Positions 37,783 to 47,955 of a stretch of 64,000 nucleotides of DNA are shown piece after piece (position 1 is the stretch's first letter; every line of letters starts with the position of its first letter). The position numbers were made by a program, and so were the translations under genes. The notes under the pieces were generated by a model, which saw only the letters and a list, made by a program, of their open reading frames with translations, had not been told where the DNA came from and searched no databases. This stretch comes from a virus (Duplodnaviria; Caudoviricetes). The DNA is taken from IMG/VR virus record IMGVR_UViG_3300044259_000047, positions 1 through 64,000 of that record, one strand, 5' to 3'.

Positions 37783-38172
37783 TTAGTTCCTTACATAGGG
37801 ATGTTCTGTCTTTATCTCTTCCTTTCTGTTTTTGGCTTGAGATAAGAGTGTTTTAATTTTAGGGGAGGATTTAGGTAAACCTTCTACCAATTGTAAAAAT
37901 AAAGCTTCCATTAAAAATTTATCAGATCCGTAAATGGGGTCTGCATAAGCAAGAGATCTTACTTGCTTAACATTACATGCCACATCCTCACATACATCCT
38001 GCAATTTATTTAGGCTGCCTTTTTGATATACCCATTTTGCTTGGAGGTCTGAACAAGATAGTTCAAAAAGCTCTTCTTTTACTTCAATAGCATTTCCAGG
38101 TACAGAAGTATGTATTTCAGAATCATATCTTCCAATCAAAACATTATCTTTATCGACTTCAATATATTTCAA
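37783..38172 (-). CDS. tail fibre assembly chaperone
   Basis: position after fibre; YDSEIH..VP.NAIE, R..AY....D..,IK.E.P. Confidence 0.75.
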   Translation of the reverse strand: MKYIEVDKDNVLIGRYDSEIHTSVPGNAIEVKEELFELSCSDLQAKWVYQKGSLNKLQDVCEDVACNVKQVRSLAYADPIYGSDKFLMEALFLQLVEGLPKSSPKIKTLLSQAKNRKEEIKTEHPYVRN

Positions 38173-38174
38173 GA

Positions 38175-38915
38175 TTAAAACCCTATACTAATCCAGTCAA
38201 AACCTGCGTTTGGGCTAGCAATATTGTTTGTTGTAGTGTTTACAACAAATGACGACCCTGTACTACTCACCCTATTTACCGAAAATGTTGAAAAACTTAC
38301 AGACTGGATATTGGTGATAAGTCTAAATTGCCCGCTGGGGTAAGTAATAGGTAGAGTCACACTTGCAACTCCTGAGCCATTAGATATGGCAGTCCCCCAC
38401 TGAATGATCAGACCCCCAGGAAGTTTTTGGTAGCCGTTTGCAGCTAAAGACTGGTTAGAGCCTTTAAAAGATTCGTTTAACCTAAGTGGGCTGATTAGGG
38501 TGGTATTATCACTAAGAGCTTGAGCTTGTGCCGTACTTGCAATGGTAGTTTTGGCATCGACCTGAGATTTAGTGTAAACATCCGCAGTTGTAAGGAAAGG
38601 GGTTTCCCAGTTGCCAGGGGCTCCACCAACTGGGTTGATATTAGTGTTTGTAGTTATTGCCTTATAAATAACCCCATCGCTACCCTGAACATAGCTCTTA
38701 CCGGCCTGGTACTCTATCGTAGGGGACCATACAGCAACACCATGCTGGGCAAAGTGAGCGAGAGCTTGATCTTGTCTGTTATCAAGCCAGTTAAACCACT
38801 GACGCGGGGGAATTTCAGGTGCCCAACCCTGTTGAATTTTTGAATCAGACGGTTGTAGAATGTCCCCAGCAGATGCCCAAAGTAGACTCAGGTCGGGGAG
38901 AGCAATTTCAGCCAT
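38175..38915 (-). CDS. tail fibre protein (gp53-like tip)
   Basis: KI..GW.PE.PP.QWFNW anchor; NGYQKLPGGLIIQWG tip. Confidence 0.9.
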   Translation of the reverse strand: MAEIALPDLSLLWASAGDILQPSDSKIQQGWAPEIPPRQWFNWLDNRQDQALAHFAQHGVAVWSPTIEYQAGKSYVQGSDGVIYKAITTNTNINPVGGAPGNWETPFLTTADVYTKSQVDAKTTIASTAQAQALSDNTTLISPLRLNESFKGSNQSLAANGYQKLPGGLIIQWGTAISNGSGVASVTLPITYPSGQFRLITNIQSVSFSTFSVNRVSSTGSSFVVNTTTNNIASPNAGFDWISIGF

Positions 38916-38928
38916 ATTTTTATCCTAT

Positions 38929-39723
38929 TTAATAAATTGTTGCCATAACCCCACCGCCATTTGTGGTGTAGTCGCTTTGTCCGTAATTGAGCCCATATCC
39001 AAGTCCATAACCATAGGTCCCTGAAATATCGCCAAACCCTAATGCACCGGGACTGTCTTGGAATCCGAAGTACCCGTTAGGGATGTATTCTCCGAAGTTG
39101 ATACGAACGCCAACAGTTTTAGGGACGAGCCTTGAGGGATATCCTTGGGAATATGAAATATAAGTAAGTAGAACTCGTTGGAAATTAGATAATTGGCCAC
39201 CAAGAAGAACAGTGACTGAAGCATCTCCTTCAGCAACAACTGCCAGTTGGTCAAGTCCGAAGATTAGTTTGATTGCTTGAATGAATTGTTCAGGAGTAGA
39301 GGCTGTAATGTTTTTAAATATCTTAGCTCTAATGAAAATTCTGTATGTTTCATCATCTAATTCTACGTTACCACCAAGATCAATACCATAACTGTAGAAT
39401 ATACCACCAACACTTGGGTCGTTTGTATCCCCCATTGGGAAAGCATTCAATGCACCGATCATTCCAAAGAAATCATACAAATCAGCAGCGATGAGTTCTC
39501 TATCTTGGCCTACAATACGGCCTATAATATCTAATTGGGCACCTGTTGCTGAATCAATATCACGAAGTTGCAGCAAATCTTTGAATGTGTTTTGTAAGTC
39601 GATCTCACCTTTTGTGAGAATCTGAACATAGTTATCAAAGACTTGCTTTCCTTTAAAAGCCTCTGTGACTCTTTCTCTTGCTTGCTCTGTATAGTCTATT
39701 GTTTGAAAAGGTACTAAAGCCAT
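38929..39723 (-). CDS. baseplate wedge protein (DUF2612-like)
   Basis: A.GAQLDIIGRIVGQ.R, L.DE.YR.FIRAKI. Confidence 0.85.
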   Translation of the reverse strand: MALVPFQTIDYTEQARERVTEAFKGKQVFDNYVQILTKGEIDLQNTFKDLLQLRDIDSATGAQLDIIGRIVGQDRELIAADLYDFFGMIGALNAFPMGDTNDPSVGGIFYSYGIDLGGNVELDDETYRIFIRAKIFKNITASTPEQFIQAIKLIFGLDQLAVVAEGDASVTVLLGGQLSNFQRVLLTYISYSQGYPSRLVPKTVGVRINFGEYIPNGYFGFQDSPGALGFGDISGTYGYGLGYGLNYGQSDYTTNGGGVMATIY

Positions 39724-39733
39724 AAGTCACTCC

Positions 39734-41179
39734 TTACGTTTTAGTAATAACGATGTTTGAAGATTGTAGATTAGCAATGGCATTAAAAGCTATGACAATA
39801 TTACTTGTCGTCCAAGTAGTGCCGTTAGTGCTAACTTCTAGGCTATTTACTGCGTGCCCTGGAACACTGTTAATAGGGGTGTATAAGCGCGAGTAGATAA
39901 CATCATCTCCGATTCCAAAGTTACTGATAAAGTAAGAGGCTAAAGTTGACCTAATCAAATCATCACCATTTTGGGGATAATTTGAATTAGTTGTCAAATC
40001 CATTCTTATAAAGATGTTTACTGGATTTGGTCTTTCAAAACCAATCTCATGTGGGAAGCCTTGGCTGTCATAGATAGTTTGTGTCGTATTTCCATACGAA
40101 CGAATACCTAATGGCTTATTTTTCCAAATACTTTCAGCAATATCGAGAGGGTCGCCGCCGAGGATAATTGGTAAAAAGCTATGTGCTGGAACACCATTAC
40201 TGTCTACGACATCAGTATCATTCTCATAAATCTGAACTTCAATAACGTTTGCAAGACTGATAAGGTCGGAATACAAAGCTTCAAGAATGTTAGTAGCTCT
40301 AATGTACTTACTTTGTCTGAATCGTTCTCTTAGCTCTTCATCAGTTTCAACATCTTCACCCGGCACAACAGCAGTTGGATTTGTGACTGCATCCCAACCC
40401 GTTTTAGGAGTTTGAATTGAAGTGATAGTATTTGCTTCACCTTCAATTGGACCAGCATTGACAGCAGTTAGGCTACCGACTTTACGAGCTTTTACAATAC
40501 CGATGTTCGCACTTGATGTGAAGTTGACAGTGTCGAATACAGATACACGATCAATGTAAAGAATATTGTTTGTGATCGTAGCTGTTAAGGTTGGATGACT
40601 TGCATCTACAACAGCTTTGATACCTGCTTGGATTGAAGCTTGTGTAGCACTAACCCCACTTGTATAGCTAATGGTGTTAGTAGTAGTTGCACCAATGTAC
40701 GTAACAGTGTAAAGTGTGCTATCAGCAATAGTTGTAGCTTGAACCCCAATACCTGATGCACCAGTGGCATTAATAGCTACAGAAGATCGTACAGTAAAGT
40801 CTTCGCCAGTTGTTGTACCACGAACTGTCAGACCTGCATCAATCAGAGTACCAACATCGCCAGTGAATAGCGCTTGTGCTGTAGAGAACGTTTGCTCTCC
40901 ACGAATCAAACCACCATAAGCTACAAGATTATCAAGGGCTACACCCGTTGCTGAATTGGGATCAAAAGCAAGATAAACTTGTTGTGCAACTTCCCAAAGG
41001 TCAGCAAGAGATGGAATGTGCAGACCAATCAGACGACCGATAGCTGAACTTGCTGATGTATCGACTTGATCACCTGGACTAACGAGGTCTTGGAATAGCT
41101 GGACAGCAAGAGCATCGTCTTCAGCCTTAAGGTCAGCCAACCTTTTAATTTCAAACCCTGTATTGCTTAATCCTGCCAT
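39734..41179 (-). CDS. baseplate J-like wedge protein
   Basis: DP.SATG..LD, ETDEELR.R motifs. Confidence 0.9.
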   Translation of the reverse strand: MAGLSNTGFEIKRLADLKAEDDALAVQLFQDLVSPGDQVDTSASSAIGRLIGLHIPSLADLWEVAQQVYLAFDPNSATGVALDNLVAYGGLIRGEQTFSTAQALFTGDVGTLIDAGLTVRGTTTGEDFTVRSSVAINATGASGIGVQATTIADSTLYTVTYIGATTTNTISYTSGVSATQASIQAGIKAVVDASHPTLTATITNNILYIDRVSVFDTVNFTSSANIGIVKARKVGSLTAVNAGPIEGEANTITSIQTPKTGWDAVTNPTAVVPGEDVETDEELRERFRQSKYIRATNILEALYSDLISLANVIEVQIYENDTDVVDSNGVPAHSFLPIILGGDPLDIAESIWKNKPLGIRSYGNTTQTIYDSQGFPHEIGFERPNPVNIFIRMDLTTNSNYPQNGDDLIRSTLASYFISNFGIGDDVIYSRLYTPINSVPGHAVNSLEVSTNGTTWTTSNIVIAFNAIANLQSSNIVITKT

Positions 41180-41191
41180 TTAGAGTAATCC

Positions 41192-41563
41192 TTAATTAAG
41201 AGGGTTGACATTGATAACATTTGTTTCTTCCCCTGTGTTAACTCTTACTTTAAAGGACAAGGAATATTGTCTGTTAACAAACGTTGAATTGAATTCTGTA
41301 ATCTCTTTAACACCATTTTCAGCTAAGATTTTTTGCTGAAAAATAAGATCTACTTTTTCTTTAGTAGTCTTAAAGCCAAGGATATCTTGGAAGTAGGGAA
41401 TCCCGTAAGAGGTATCTAAGAACCATTCTGAAAAGAAGGTATGTAGAAGAATAAATAACCGCTGCTGGACAATATGAACTAAAGGTTGTGTTGTATACTC
41501 TTGAGTTAAAGGTCCATTATGGAAAACCAAATCATTTGTTTCGTAATTCAGAAGTAAGTCCAC
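41192..41563 (-). CDS. baseplate wedge/sheath initiator (gp25-like)
   Basis: EWFLD..YGIPY motif. Confidence 0.8.
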   Translation of the reverse strand: MDLLLNYETNDLVFHNGPLTQEYTTQPLVHIVQQRLFILLHTFFSEWFLDTSYGIPYFQDILGFKTTKEKVDLIFQQKILAENGVKEITEFNSTFVNRQYSLSFKVRVNTGEETNVINVNPLN

Positions 41564-41572
41564 ATCATCTCC

Positions 41573-42301
41573 TTATGGATTAGTTGGAGGTACGACAGAA
41601 GGAGCGTGTCTGTGTGTTGAGAAATTTACACCATTAAAGGTAAATGTGCCTACGTGAGCAACATTACCAATCCAAGTACAGTTTTGAGCATCAATCGTAA
41701 GTTCCGGCGTGTGGATAGATGCTGACTCTGTTGCTGTTACTTCGGCATTAGCACACTCGACTTCAATATCTTTTCTAGTTCTGATTAAGATATTTCCGTC
41801 TTGCTTTAATCTGACTTCAACTTCCAACTCCGTACCTATTCCATTCACCAGAACGGTATCATTTGTAGAGTGATCCCAATGCCGTTTAGATGGATTATTG
41901 ACGGCCACACTTGGAGGTTGAATTCCTGGGTAAAATACAGCGTCCGATTTATCCATTTTTGCGTAGTTGTTTGGGGTTGATGGATATCCATCACTAGATT
42001 TCCAAACATCAAGAGAACGCATTGAGAATACGGCCATCCCTGTATCACCAGCACGTATAGGGAAAGTCAAGCCTGCTGTCTTAGACACGGGGAATGCGAC
42101 AGGGACTCCCATAATTACTGCTTGTTCTGCTGTTGTTCCGTCTTCTCTTAACTGGTTAATGCTTGGTTGGATATTAACCATCTGAGTATTAAGACCATTA
42201 ACAACACTTACAACAACACAAGGAATTGAGGTGTAATAGTTATTTGTTTGGTTTTCAATAGCGGAGTTTAGTAACTCTTGTAAGCTTGCTTCTCTACTCA
42301 T
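41573..42301 (-). CDS. baseplate central spike (gp138/gpV-like)
   Basis: VPV.FP, P...GD.G..VFS.R, C-terminal HRH metal motif. Confidence 0.88.
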   Translation of the reverse strand: MSREASLQELLNSAIENQTNNYYTSIPCVVVSVVNGLNTQMVNIQPSINQLREDGTTAEQAVIMGVPVAFPVSKTAGLTFPIRAGDTGMAVFSMRSLDVWKSSDGYPSTPNNYAKMDKSDAVFYPGIQPPSVAVNNPSKRHWDHSTNDTVLVNGIGTELEVEVRLKQDGNILIRTRKDIEVECANAEVTATESASIHTPELTIDAQNCTWIGNVAHVGTFTFNGVNFSTHRHAPSVVPPTNP

Positions 42302-43188
42302 TTAGTTACTACCTTCTCAATAGCTTCAGCACGAACTTCTGTATACCAAGGGTTTTCTCTGAATCCGCCTGTAAACCGAAGGTCTACAATCTTATACCAA
42401 CCTGTGATATAGGTATCTTCTAACTTCACAATATCACCAGCTACTAAATCTCCATTCAATAGCATTGTCCACTGAACACCTTGCTTCTTCGCTTTGTCTT
42501 TCTTTGATCGTCTAATATCACCGTCTACACGGTAAGCATTATCAATTAAACCCGTATACTTAGAAATAACATAAGCTTGTTCGAAGTTTTCAGTATTAGC
42601 CCTATCCCGCTGGTGAACATATAGAACATCATCATCTAGCTGCCAATCACAACCAAATTTCCTACAAAATTCATCTAGCATTTCTCTAGGAGTACCTGTT
42701 AAGGGATACCCATAGAGAATCTGATTATTCATATTAGTGCCGTTAAAAACCCCGCGTGATGCTCCGATAGACTTTGCAAGCGTATCAGCAACTTCCCTAT
42801 AAGTTTTACCTTCTGGAATTAACTGGCTTATAATTTTATGATTAAGTTCTGTGTAACCGCTACCCATTCTTATTTGAGTTACACGATCAGCACCTTGCTT
42901 CCTTGTTGACGCGAAGGTAACTTGTCCAGAGAAGATCCTTCTAATTCCAAGATCCACATATCCCGCACTGAAAACTGCTGTTTGGTAGTCCCCATCAAGC
43001 TTTTTGATTACATCATCAGGGAGATTATAAATCTCTATAGTTGCACTGTTTGTCTTATTCTTGTTACTACTAGATTTTGAGATATCAAAAGTAATGTGTC
43101 GATCATTAATTAGAACACCATCACCACTTTTGTAATCACCAATGATTAGTTCGTACTTCCTGTCTCTAATTAATAAATCTAAATTCAT
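42298..43188 (-). CDS. baseplate hub protein
   Basis: N.A.I.IYNL, AGY...IF.G motifs, position. Confidence 0.8.
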   Translation of the reverse strand: MNLDLLIRDRKYELIIGDYKSGDGVLINDRHITFDISKSSSNKNKTNSATIEIYNLPDDVIKKLDGDYQTAVFSAGYVDLGIRRIFSGQVTFASTRKQGADRVTQIRMGSGYTELNHKIISQLIPEGKTYREVADTLAKSIGASRGVFNGTNMNNQILYGYPLTGTPREMLDEFCRKFGCDWQLDDDVLYVHQRDRANTENFEQAYVISKYTGLIDNAYRVDGDIRRSKKDKAKKQGVQWTMLLNGDLVAGDIVKLEDTYITGWYKIVDLRFTGGFRENPWYTEVRAEAIEKVVTK

Positions 43189-43191
43189 AGT

Positions 43192-43527
43192 TTAATCTTC
43201 TGTTTCCCAAACATAGTAAAACAAGTAATACTGGTCAATCTTATCTGGATAAGTCTTGTATGGTTCTGAAATAATTGTGCTTATTTCTTCCATCCAAAAC
43301 CAGCCAGACAGATCTGGTAAAGCATATTCCCTAAACATGGGGTAAGAAGGAACTAATGCTTCGCCTGTGATTAATGGGTTTCGTTCAGCGTCATAAAGAC
43401 TGAAAGTATATAACCCCATTCTTTCATTATATGTGAACTCTGGGATATATGAATTACCTTCCAGAGTAATCGAATAATCATAAAAGTTATCAGGATATAA
43501 GGGCAGACTAACATAATTTAAGGCCAT
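43192..43527 (-). CDS. baseplate plug/virion protein
   Basis: L.G..Y...F.YN.R motif, position. Confidence 0.7.
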   Translation of the reverse strand: MALNYVSLPLYPDNFYDYSITLEGNSYIPEFTYNERMGLYTFSLYDAERNPLITGEALVPSYPMFREYALPDLSGWFWMEEISTIISEPYKTYPDKIDQYYLFYYVWETED

Positions 43528-43528
43528 A

Positions 43529-44332
43529 TTATAACTCCGCTGCTACATCTGCCATTTTATCTTTATTAGGACCAGTCTCCCCAGCAGGTGGTGCCTGAAC
43601 ATCTTTTTTAGTGCTGTCTTGTTTACCTTTGTTCTGCTTTTCTGAGGACTTACTTTTAAGAGAACTCACCACATCTTTAGGGATTGTGGTTTTCTTTAGG
43701 TAAGCAAAGGTAACTTGTTCAAACGTGATATCACAGAATAAAGCATTTCCGGTGTTAGCATCTTCTCTGAATACTAGATTTGTGATAACTAATCGTGGGA
43801 TGATTCTTTTTAAAAACTGATTAGTATATTCGTATAATTCAACAAGCTGAATAAAGCTATCAAACTGGGCAGTCTTCTCATTGTATTTTACACCATTGAG
43901 AAGGTTAGTTAGAGCTTGACGAATCTGATCTGTTAAATCAGTCCTAGCAGTATCCATACTTACTTCTGGAGTTGTATCTGGTAGAAACTGACCGAGAGAG
44001 TCTGGAATAAACTTCTTAAGGATACTTTTATCGGTAGATTGTACAGATACTGGCGTTGGAGCTATTCTTGTGTTGTATGGAAAAGTTCCATTACCGTCAC
44101 TGATCAATCCTGTGTTTGTACTGATATCATCCGATGAGAAAACACCAGACAGAGTAAACACAGGATTTTGCTTAACGAAGTGATCCGTGATGGGAGAGCC
44201 GCCGTCTACAGGATGTTTACTGACTTGACCCGAGTAGTTCTGTGTGTAAACAGTTACAGCATCAAAAAACAACATACCAGAATAAGGATCGTTGTCAGAA
44301 GTTGTGTCTCCCCATTTAATAGCGAAAGTCAT
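43529..44332 (-). CDS. tail tube initiator/Dit-like baseplate protein
   Basis: HPV..G..ITDH motif after tape measure. Confidence 0.8.
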   Translation of the reverse strand: MTFAIKWGDTTSDNDPYSGMLFFDAVTVYTQNYSGQVSKHPVDGGSPITDHFVKQNPVFTLSGVFSSDDISTNTGLISDGNGTFPYNTRIAPTPVSVQSTDKSILKKFIPDSLGQFLPDTTPEVSMDTARTDLTDQIRQALTNLLNGVKYNEKTAQFDSFIQLVELYEYTNQFLKRIIPRLVITNLVFREDANTGNALFCDITFEQVTFAYLKKTTIPKDVVSSLKSKSSEKQNKGKQDSTKKDVQAPPAGETGPNKDKMADVAAEL

Positions 44333-44342
44333 CTTTTAATCC

Positions 44343-46319
44343 TTATCTGGTGTATTGTTGTAGAGTGTTTTCTAGCTCTGCTTTAAACTGCTTTTGGAAC
44401 TTATCATTAAAATCATCAACTGTTGCAGCTTCAATGTTTACTTTAACTTCTGCTTTAATGTCAAGAGAACCACCAGATCGCCCACCTGAAGGTACATATG
44501 GATTCAGGGATCTTGATCTTGCGTCAGATTGATCCATCGGAAAGATACCAACAGTTCCGTTAAAGTTATCTTTTCTACGGTTTGCGAATAACTGTGCTTG
44601 TCTTGTCTTTTCTCTGTTCATCCAATCCCAATCGGAGTCACCTGAACTAAAAGGTTGACCGATTGTAGGAATTCTAGGGCCGTAGGGACCAACAGCATCA
44701 AGACCGGAGTTAATACCGCCGATAATGAGGTTTGCGCCTTTTCTGCCAGGAGCGGTTATTGTATTACCATAGCCAGCTAAAGCAGATTGTGCAGCCGATT
44801 TAGCACCAGACATATCCCCCTCTATTAGAGAGTTTATAGCGTTAGCACCATTACCCACGACTCTTAAAGAAGTAGTCAAAGCTTTTAAGGTTTCGCTAGA
44901 GTCCATCAAACCAAGCAATTGAACCCATTTATTATAAAGATTTCCAGTTAAGGTGCCAAGTTCAGAGATAGTTGATTTGAAAGTTTCTAAGAATTCAAAG
45001 GCTTTTGTCTTTGCTTCTTCTGTTGGGAAGAGCTTATCACCGAGGTAACTATCTTTACCTTCAAAGAATCTTTGCAATGACTGGAAAGAAAGAAGAGCAT
45101 AGGAAACGTATTTAGTTACATCATCAAAACCACGAGCCAGCTTCTCAACCATAGGACCAGATTCAGACAGACCAGCGTTCAGTGTTCTAAACAGTCTAGC
45201 AAAACCTGATTCAACACCGCTATCAGAGGCGATTCTAGCTAAATCTGTATAAGCATTTTGGAACCTAGCTTGTTCTGCTTGGGAGGCCTTGCCAGCAGCC
45301 GTCAGACCAGGTTCAGCCCTTTTACTTGCAACAGTCCCGGCATATGTTAGGATATCACCTTTGACTTGTCCTTTCTTCATTGCATCTAGTAATTCGGTAA
45401 TAGCCTCTTGACCCGTCTTACCCCCGCCCTTACCTTCAGCTTTTAACTTGGCTTGGTACGCTTCTGCAAAGATACTTACAGCACCTGGCATCGATTCTGC
45501 TAGCTGGCCGACCAATTCTTCAGATTGAAGTTTATTTTTACCAGCTACCTGGCTTAACGCCCTGAAAACACGCTGTTGTTGAGTCCGATCTAGTTTATTA
45601 ACTCGTGCATATTCAGAGAAACCTTTAAAAACATCTTGTCCTTGTGCCACACTCATTCCAGCACCAGTCAAACCAGATAGGAGTCTATTGTAATCTGGAG
45701 CAGCGTCAAGATAGTTAAAACCTACTCTATTCGCTTGGTAACGAAGCCAATCAAAAGCTTGTTGACCTTGTTGCGGATTTCCTGTTGCTTGTCCTACAAC
45801 AGCATTCGTTTGAAGTTGTGCAGATACGATTTGCTGGTTTCTGTTATTCAGTGCCGCCAGTCCGTATCCACCACCTGCCAATGCTAATGCTGGGAGATAG
45901 GCTCTAGCTACTAAACCACCAATACCACCAGCAGCTAGATGGCTACCCCTTATACCACCACCTCCGCTTGTAGCGTTCACATGTGTGTTCGGTCGAAGAG
46001 TTGCTGAACGACTTGCCACACGAACAGCTTGTTGCATTGCTGATGTAAGTGATCTGTTGAGGTGACTTTGATCAATAGCAAAATTACTGATTTGAAAAAC
46101 TGTACGTCTGGATGCCAAGTCCAGCGCATTACCCAAAACCCTATTCAGTCTATTCTGATCTACAGTGAAGGATGAAATATTGAGTTTTAAGCTTTTGTCT
46201 AACCTCTTACCAAAAGTTTGAAGCTTTCTTTCAAGGTTTTTTAGAGTGGCGTCAAGTTTTCTTAATTCCCTTTGATCTACTCTAAAAGAGATGTCAACTG
46301 TGTATTTAGATATATTCAA
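44343..46319 (-). CDS. tape measure protein
   Basis: ALSQ..GK.KL.SEEL..QLAE..PGA motif; helical Ala/Gly-rich. Confidence 0.9.
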   Translation of the reverse strand: MNISKYTVDISFRVDQRELRKLDATLKNLERKLQTFGKRLDKSLKLNISSFTVDQNRLNRVLGNALDLASRRTVFQISNFAIDQSHLNRSLTSAMQQAVRVASRSATLRPNTHVNATSGGGGIRGSHLAAGGIGGLVARAYLPALALAGGGYGLAALNNRNQQIVSAQLQTNAVVGQATGNPQQGQQAFDWLRYQANRVGFNYLDAAPDYNRLLSGLTGAGMSVAQGQDVFKGFSEYARVNKLDRTQQQRVFRALSQVAGKNKLQSEELVGQLAESMPGAVSIFAEAYQAKLKAEGKGGGKTGQEAITELLDAMKKGQVKGDILTYAGTVASKRAEPGLTAAGKASQAEQARFQNAYTDLARIASDSGVESGFARLFRTLNAGLSESGPMVEKLARGFDDVTKYVSYALLSFQSLQRFFEGKDSYLGDKLFPTEEAKTKAFEFLETFKSTISELGTLTGNLYNKWVQLLGLMDSSETLKALTTSLRVVGNGANAINSLIEGDMSGAKSAAQSALAGYGNTITAPGRKGANLIIGGINSGLDAVGPYGPRIPTIGQPFSSGDSDWDWMNREKTRQAQLFANRRKDNFNGTVGIFPMDQSDARSRSLNPYVPSGGRSGGSLDIKAEVKVNIEAATVDDFNDKFQKQFKAELENTLQQYTR

Positions 46320-46331
46320 GAAAACACCTCT

Positions 46332-46547
46332 TTATTGTTTTGTATTTTTAGCTTTCTCTATTGCCTTTTCTTTGACTGCGTCGTAAGCTTCAACCATTTC
46401 ATACATATCTAGAAGGTCCTTATATGTATATTCAGTTTTAAATTTAGGGAGCATATCTAAACCACCCAACTCAGGATGGGTTACTACACTATAAATAAGC
46501 CAACTCTGGGAAAACCTATCAGTCAAGTCTTTTTCAAAGGCTGACAT
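46332..46547 (-). CDS. tail assembly chaperone, downstream (gpT-like) portion
   Basis: -1 frame relative to upstream chaperone and open back to about 46598. Confidence 0.7.
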   Translation of the reverse strand: MSAFEKDLTDRFSQSWLIYSVVTHPELGGLDMLPKFKTEYTYKDLLDMYEMVEAYDAVKEKAIEKAKNTKQ

Positions 46548-46567
46548 GTATTTCTGCGATTCAGGCT

Positions 46568-46903
46568 TTATTCTTCTGAATCGCTTTCCTGAAAATCGTC
46601 AGAGAAGTTATACTCCAACACAGCAGTAAAGAGGCGTTGAAGATGAGCAATCTTTCTGGCAAAGATCACATCAAAATTATTGTCATCGATAGCTGTACCA
46701 TCCTCTTGGCACACATACTTACCGACTGTTTTCTTAATAACAGCTAGGTCAACTTTTACTTTACCTTGCGCAGCTTCAACTTCACTTTGAAGATGTTTCT
46801 CCATGAAATCCAAAGCTTCAGTTGCACTCATCGCAGTTACTTTATATTTGATTCCATCCACATCAAGAACTTCTTGGGGAAGGAATATAGGTTTCTTAGC
46901 CAT
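46568..46903 (-). CDS. tail assembly chaperone (gpG-like)
   Basis: position between tube genes and tape measure; EYNF.D.F end. Confidence 0.75.
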   Translation of the reverse strand: MAKKPIFLPQEVLDVDGIKYKVTAMSATEALDFMEKHLQSEVEAAQGKVKVDLAVIKKTVGKYVCQEDGTAIDDNNFDVIFARKIAHLQRLFTAVLEYNFSDDFQESDSEE

Positions 46904-46915
46904 TTTATTTCCTAG

Positions 46916-47413
46916 TTAAAGAATGTTTGAAACAAAGTTAGTTGCACTATTCAAGGCGTTGTCGAATATACTAGTCACTGGTTTACTGTTACCACCAACT
47001 ACGAAAGTTTCAGTTGTTTGGCAATAAATCTCCCAAGATCTATATTCAGCAGATGCTGAGAATACAGTTTCAGGATAAGATCTAATATAAGCTTCGTTTG
47101 AAGTAAACAAAGATCTACCACTATTATCCTTGAGGGTCAATACGATTCTTCCAGTGCCTTGTTCAAGATCTAATTCGTGAATATAGGATAAGACATCATT
47201 AGAATCACTTGTCATCAGAATTGGAATCGTGATGATTGCAGAACTCTTTGTGTTTCTTGATCTTGTATCTTTACCTCTAATACCTTGAATAGTTTGGAAT
47301 CCTGCAACTGTCCTACTAATACTAATACTCTCCCATCCTGCAATAGGATATCCACCAACAATCAGCTTAACGTCAGTTGGTGAATAAGTCTGTACAGAAA
47401 ATCCATTAACCAT
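46916..47413 (-). CDS. tail tube-like structural protein
   Basis: TYSP..V paralog of tail tube. Confidence 0.75.
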   Translation of the reverse strand: MVNGFSVQTYSPTDVKLIVGGYPIAGWESISISRTVAGFQTIQGIRGKDTRSRNTKSSAIITIPILMTSDSNDVLSYIHELDLEQGTGRIVLTLKDNSGRSLFTSNEAYIRSYPETVFSASAEYRSWEIYCQTTETFVVGGNSKPVTSIFDNALNSATNFVSNIL

Positions 47414-47916
47414 TATAGAATTCCCTCAAGAGCAGGAAGAGCACCAGAAGCTATATTAATCAAGTCTTGGATAATTCCAGATTCTCCAGAATTACCGCCA
47501 ATATTGATTACAGCTTGTGATGAACGCAATACCCATGTCCTTGGTTCAAATCCGTTACTCTTCATTAAAGCAGGAACAGTTTCAATCCACGTGTTAGTGG
47601 AGAAGAATAAATCGCTGCCACTACCGTCTTTGATAAACAAAGGGAATTTGCCTTTTTGACTTATTTCATCTAATTGCCAGAATTTAGTAAGAACATCGTT
47701 TGATTGACTTCCACTATACAATGTGATATTGATTGTATAAGTCTGATCATTATGATAGATTCTTGAAACAACACCATCTGTACTTCTTACAGATGTAAAT
47801 GGCATTAGATCCTTTGTAATCTCAATAAAAGTTCCATCTACAAAGCCGTCAATCGGTAAGATTCCACCAATAAGGCAAACCACCTCTTCAGGAATATAGG
47901 TTGCAAGATTTGTCAT
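47413..47916 (-). CDS. tail tube-like structural protein
   Basis: TY.PEEV, GF.DGTFI paralog. Confidence 0.75.
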   Translation of the reverse strand: MTNLATYIPEEVVCLIGGILPIDGFVDGTFIEITKDLMPFTSVRSTDGVVSRIYHNDQTYTINITLYSGSQSNDVLTKFWQLDEISQKGKFPLFIKDGSGSDLFFSTNTWIETVPALMKSNGFEPRTWVLRSSQAVINIGGNSGESGIIQDLINIASGALPALEGIL

Positions 47917-47930
47917 TGTATATTCCTTTT

Positions 47931-47952
47931 AAAAGAGGGCTGTGAAGCCCTC
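47931..47952 (-). terminator. intrinsic terminator after tail tube
   Basis: GAGGGCT-4-AGCCCTC-TTTT. Confidence 0.8.
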
Positions 47953-47955
47953 ATA

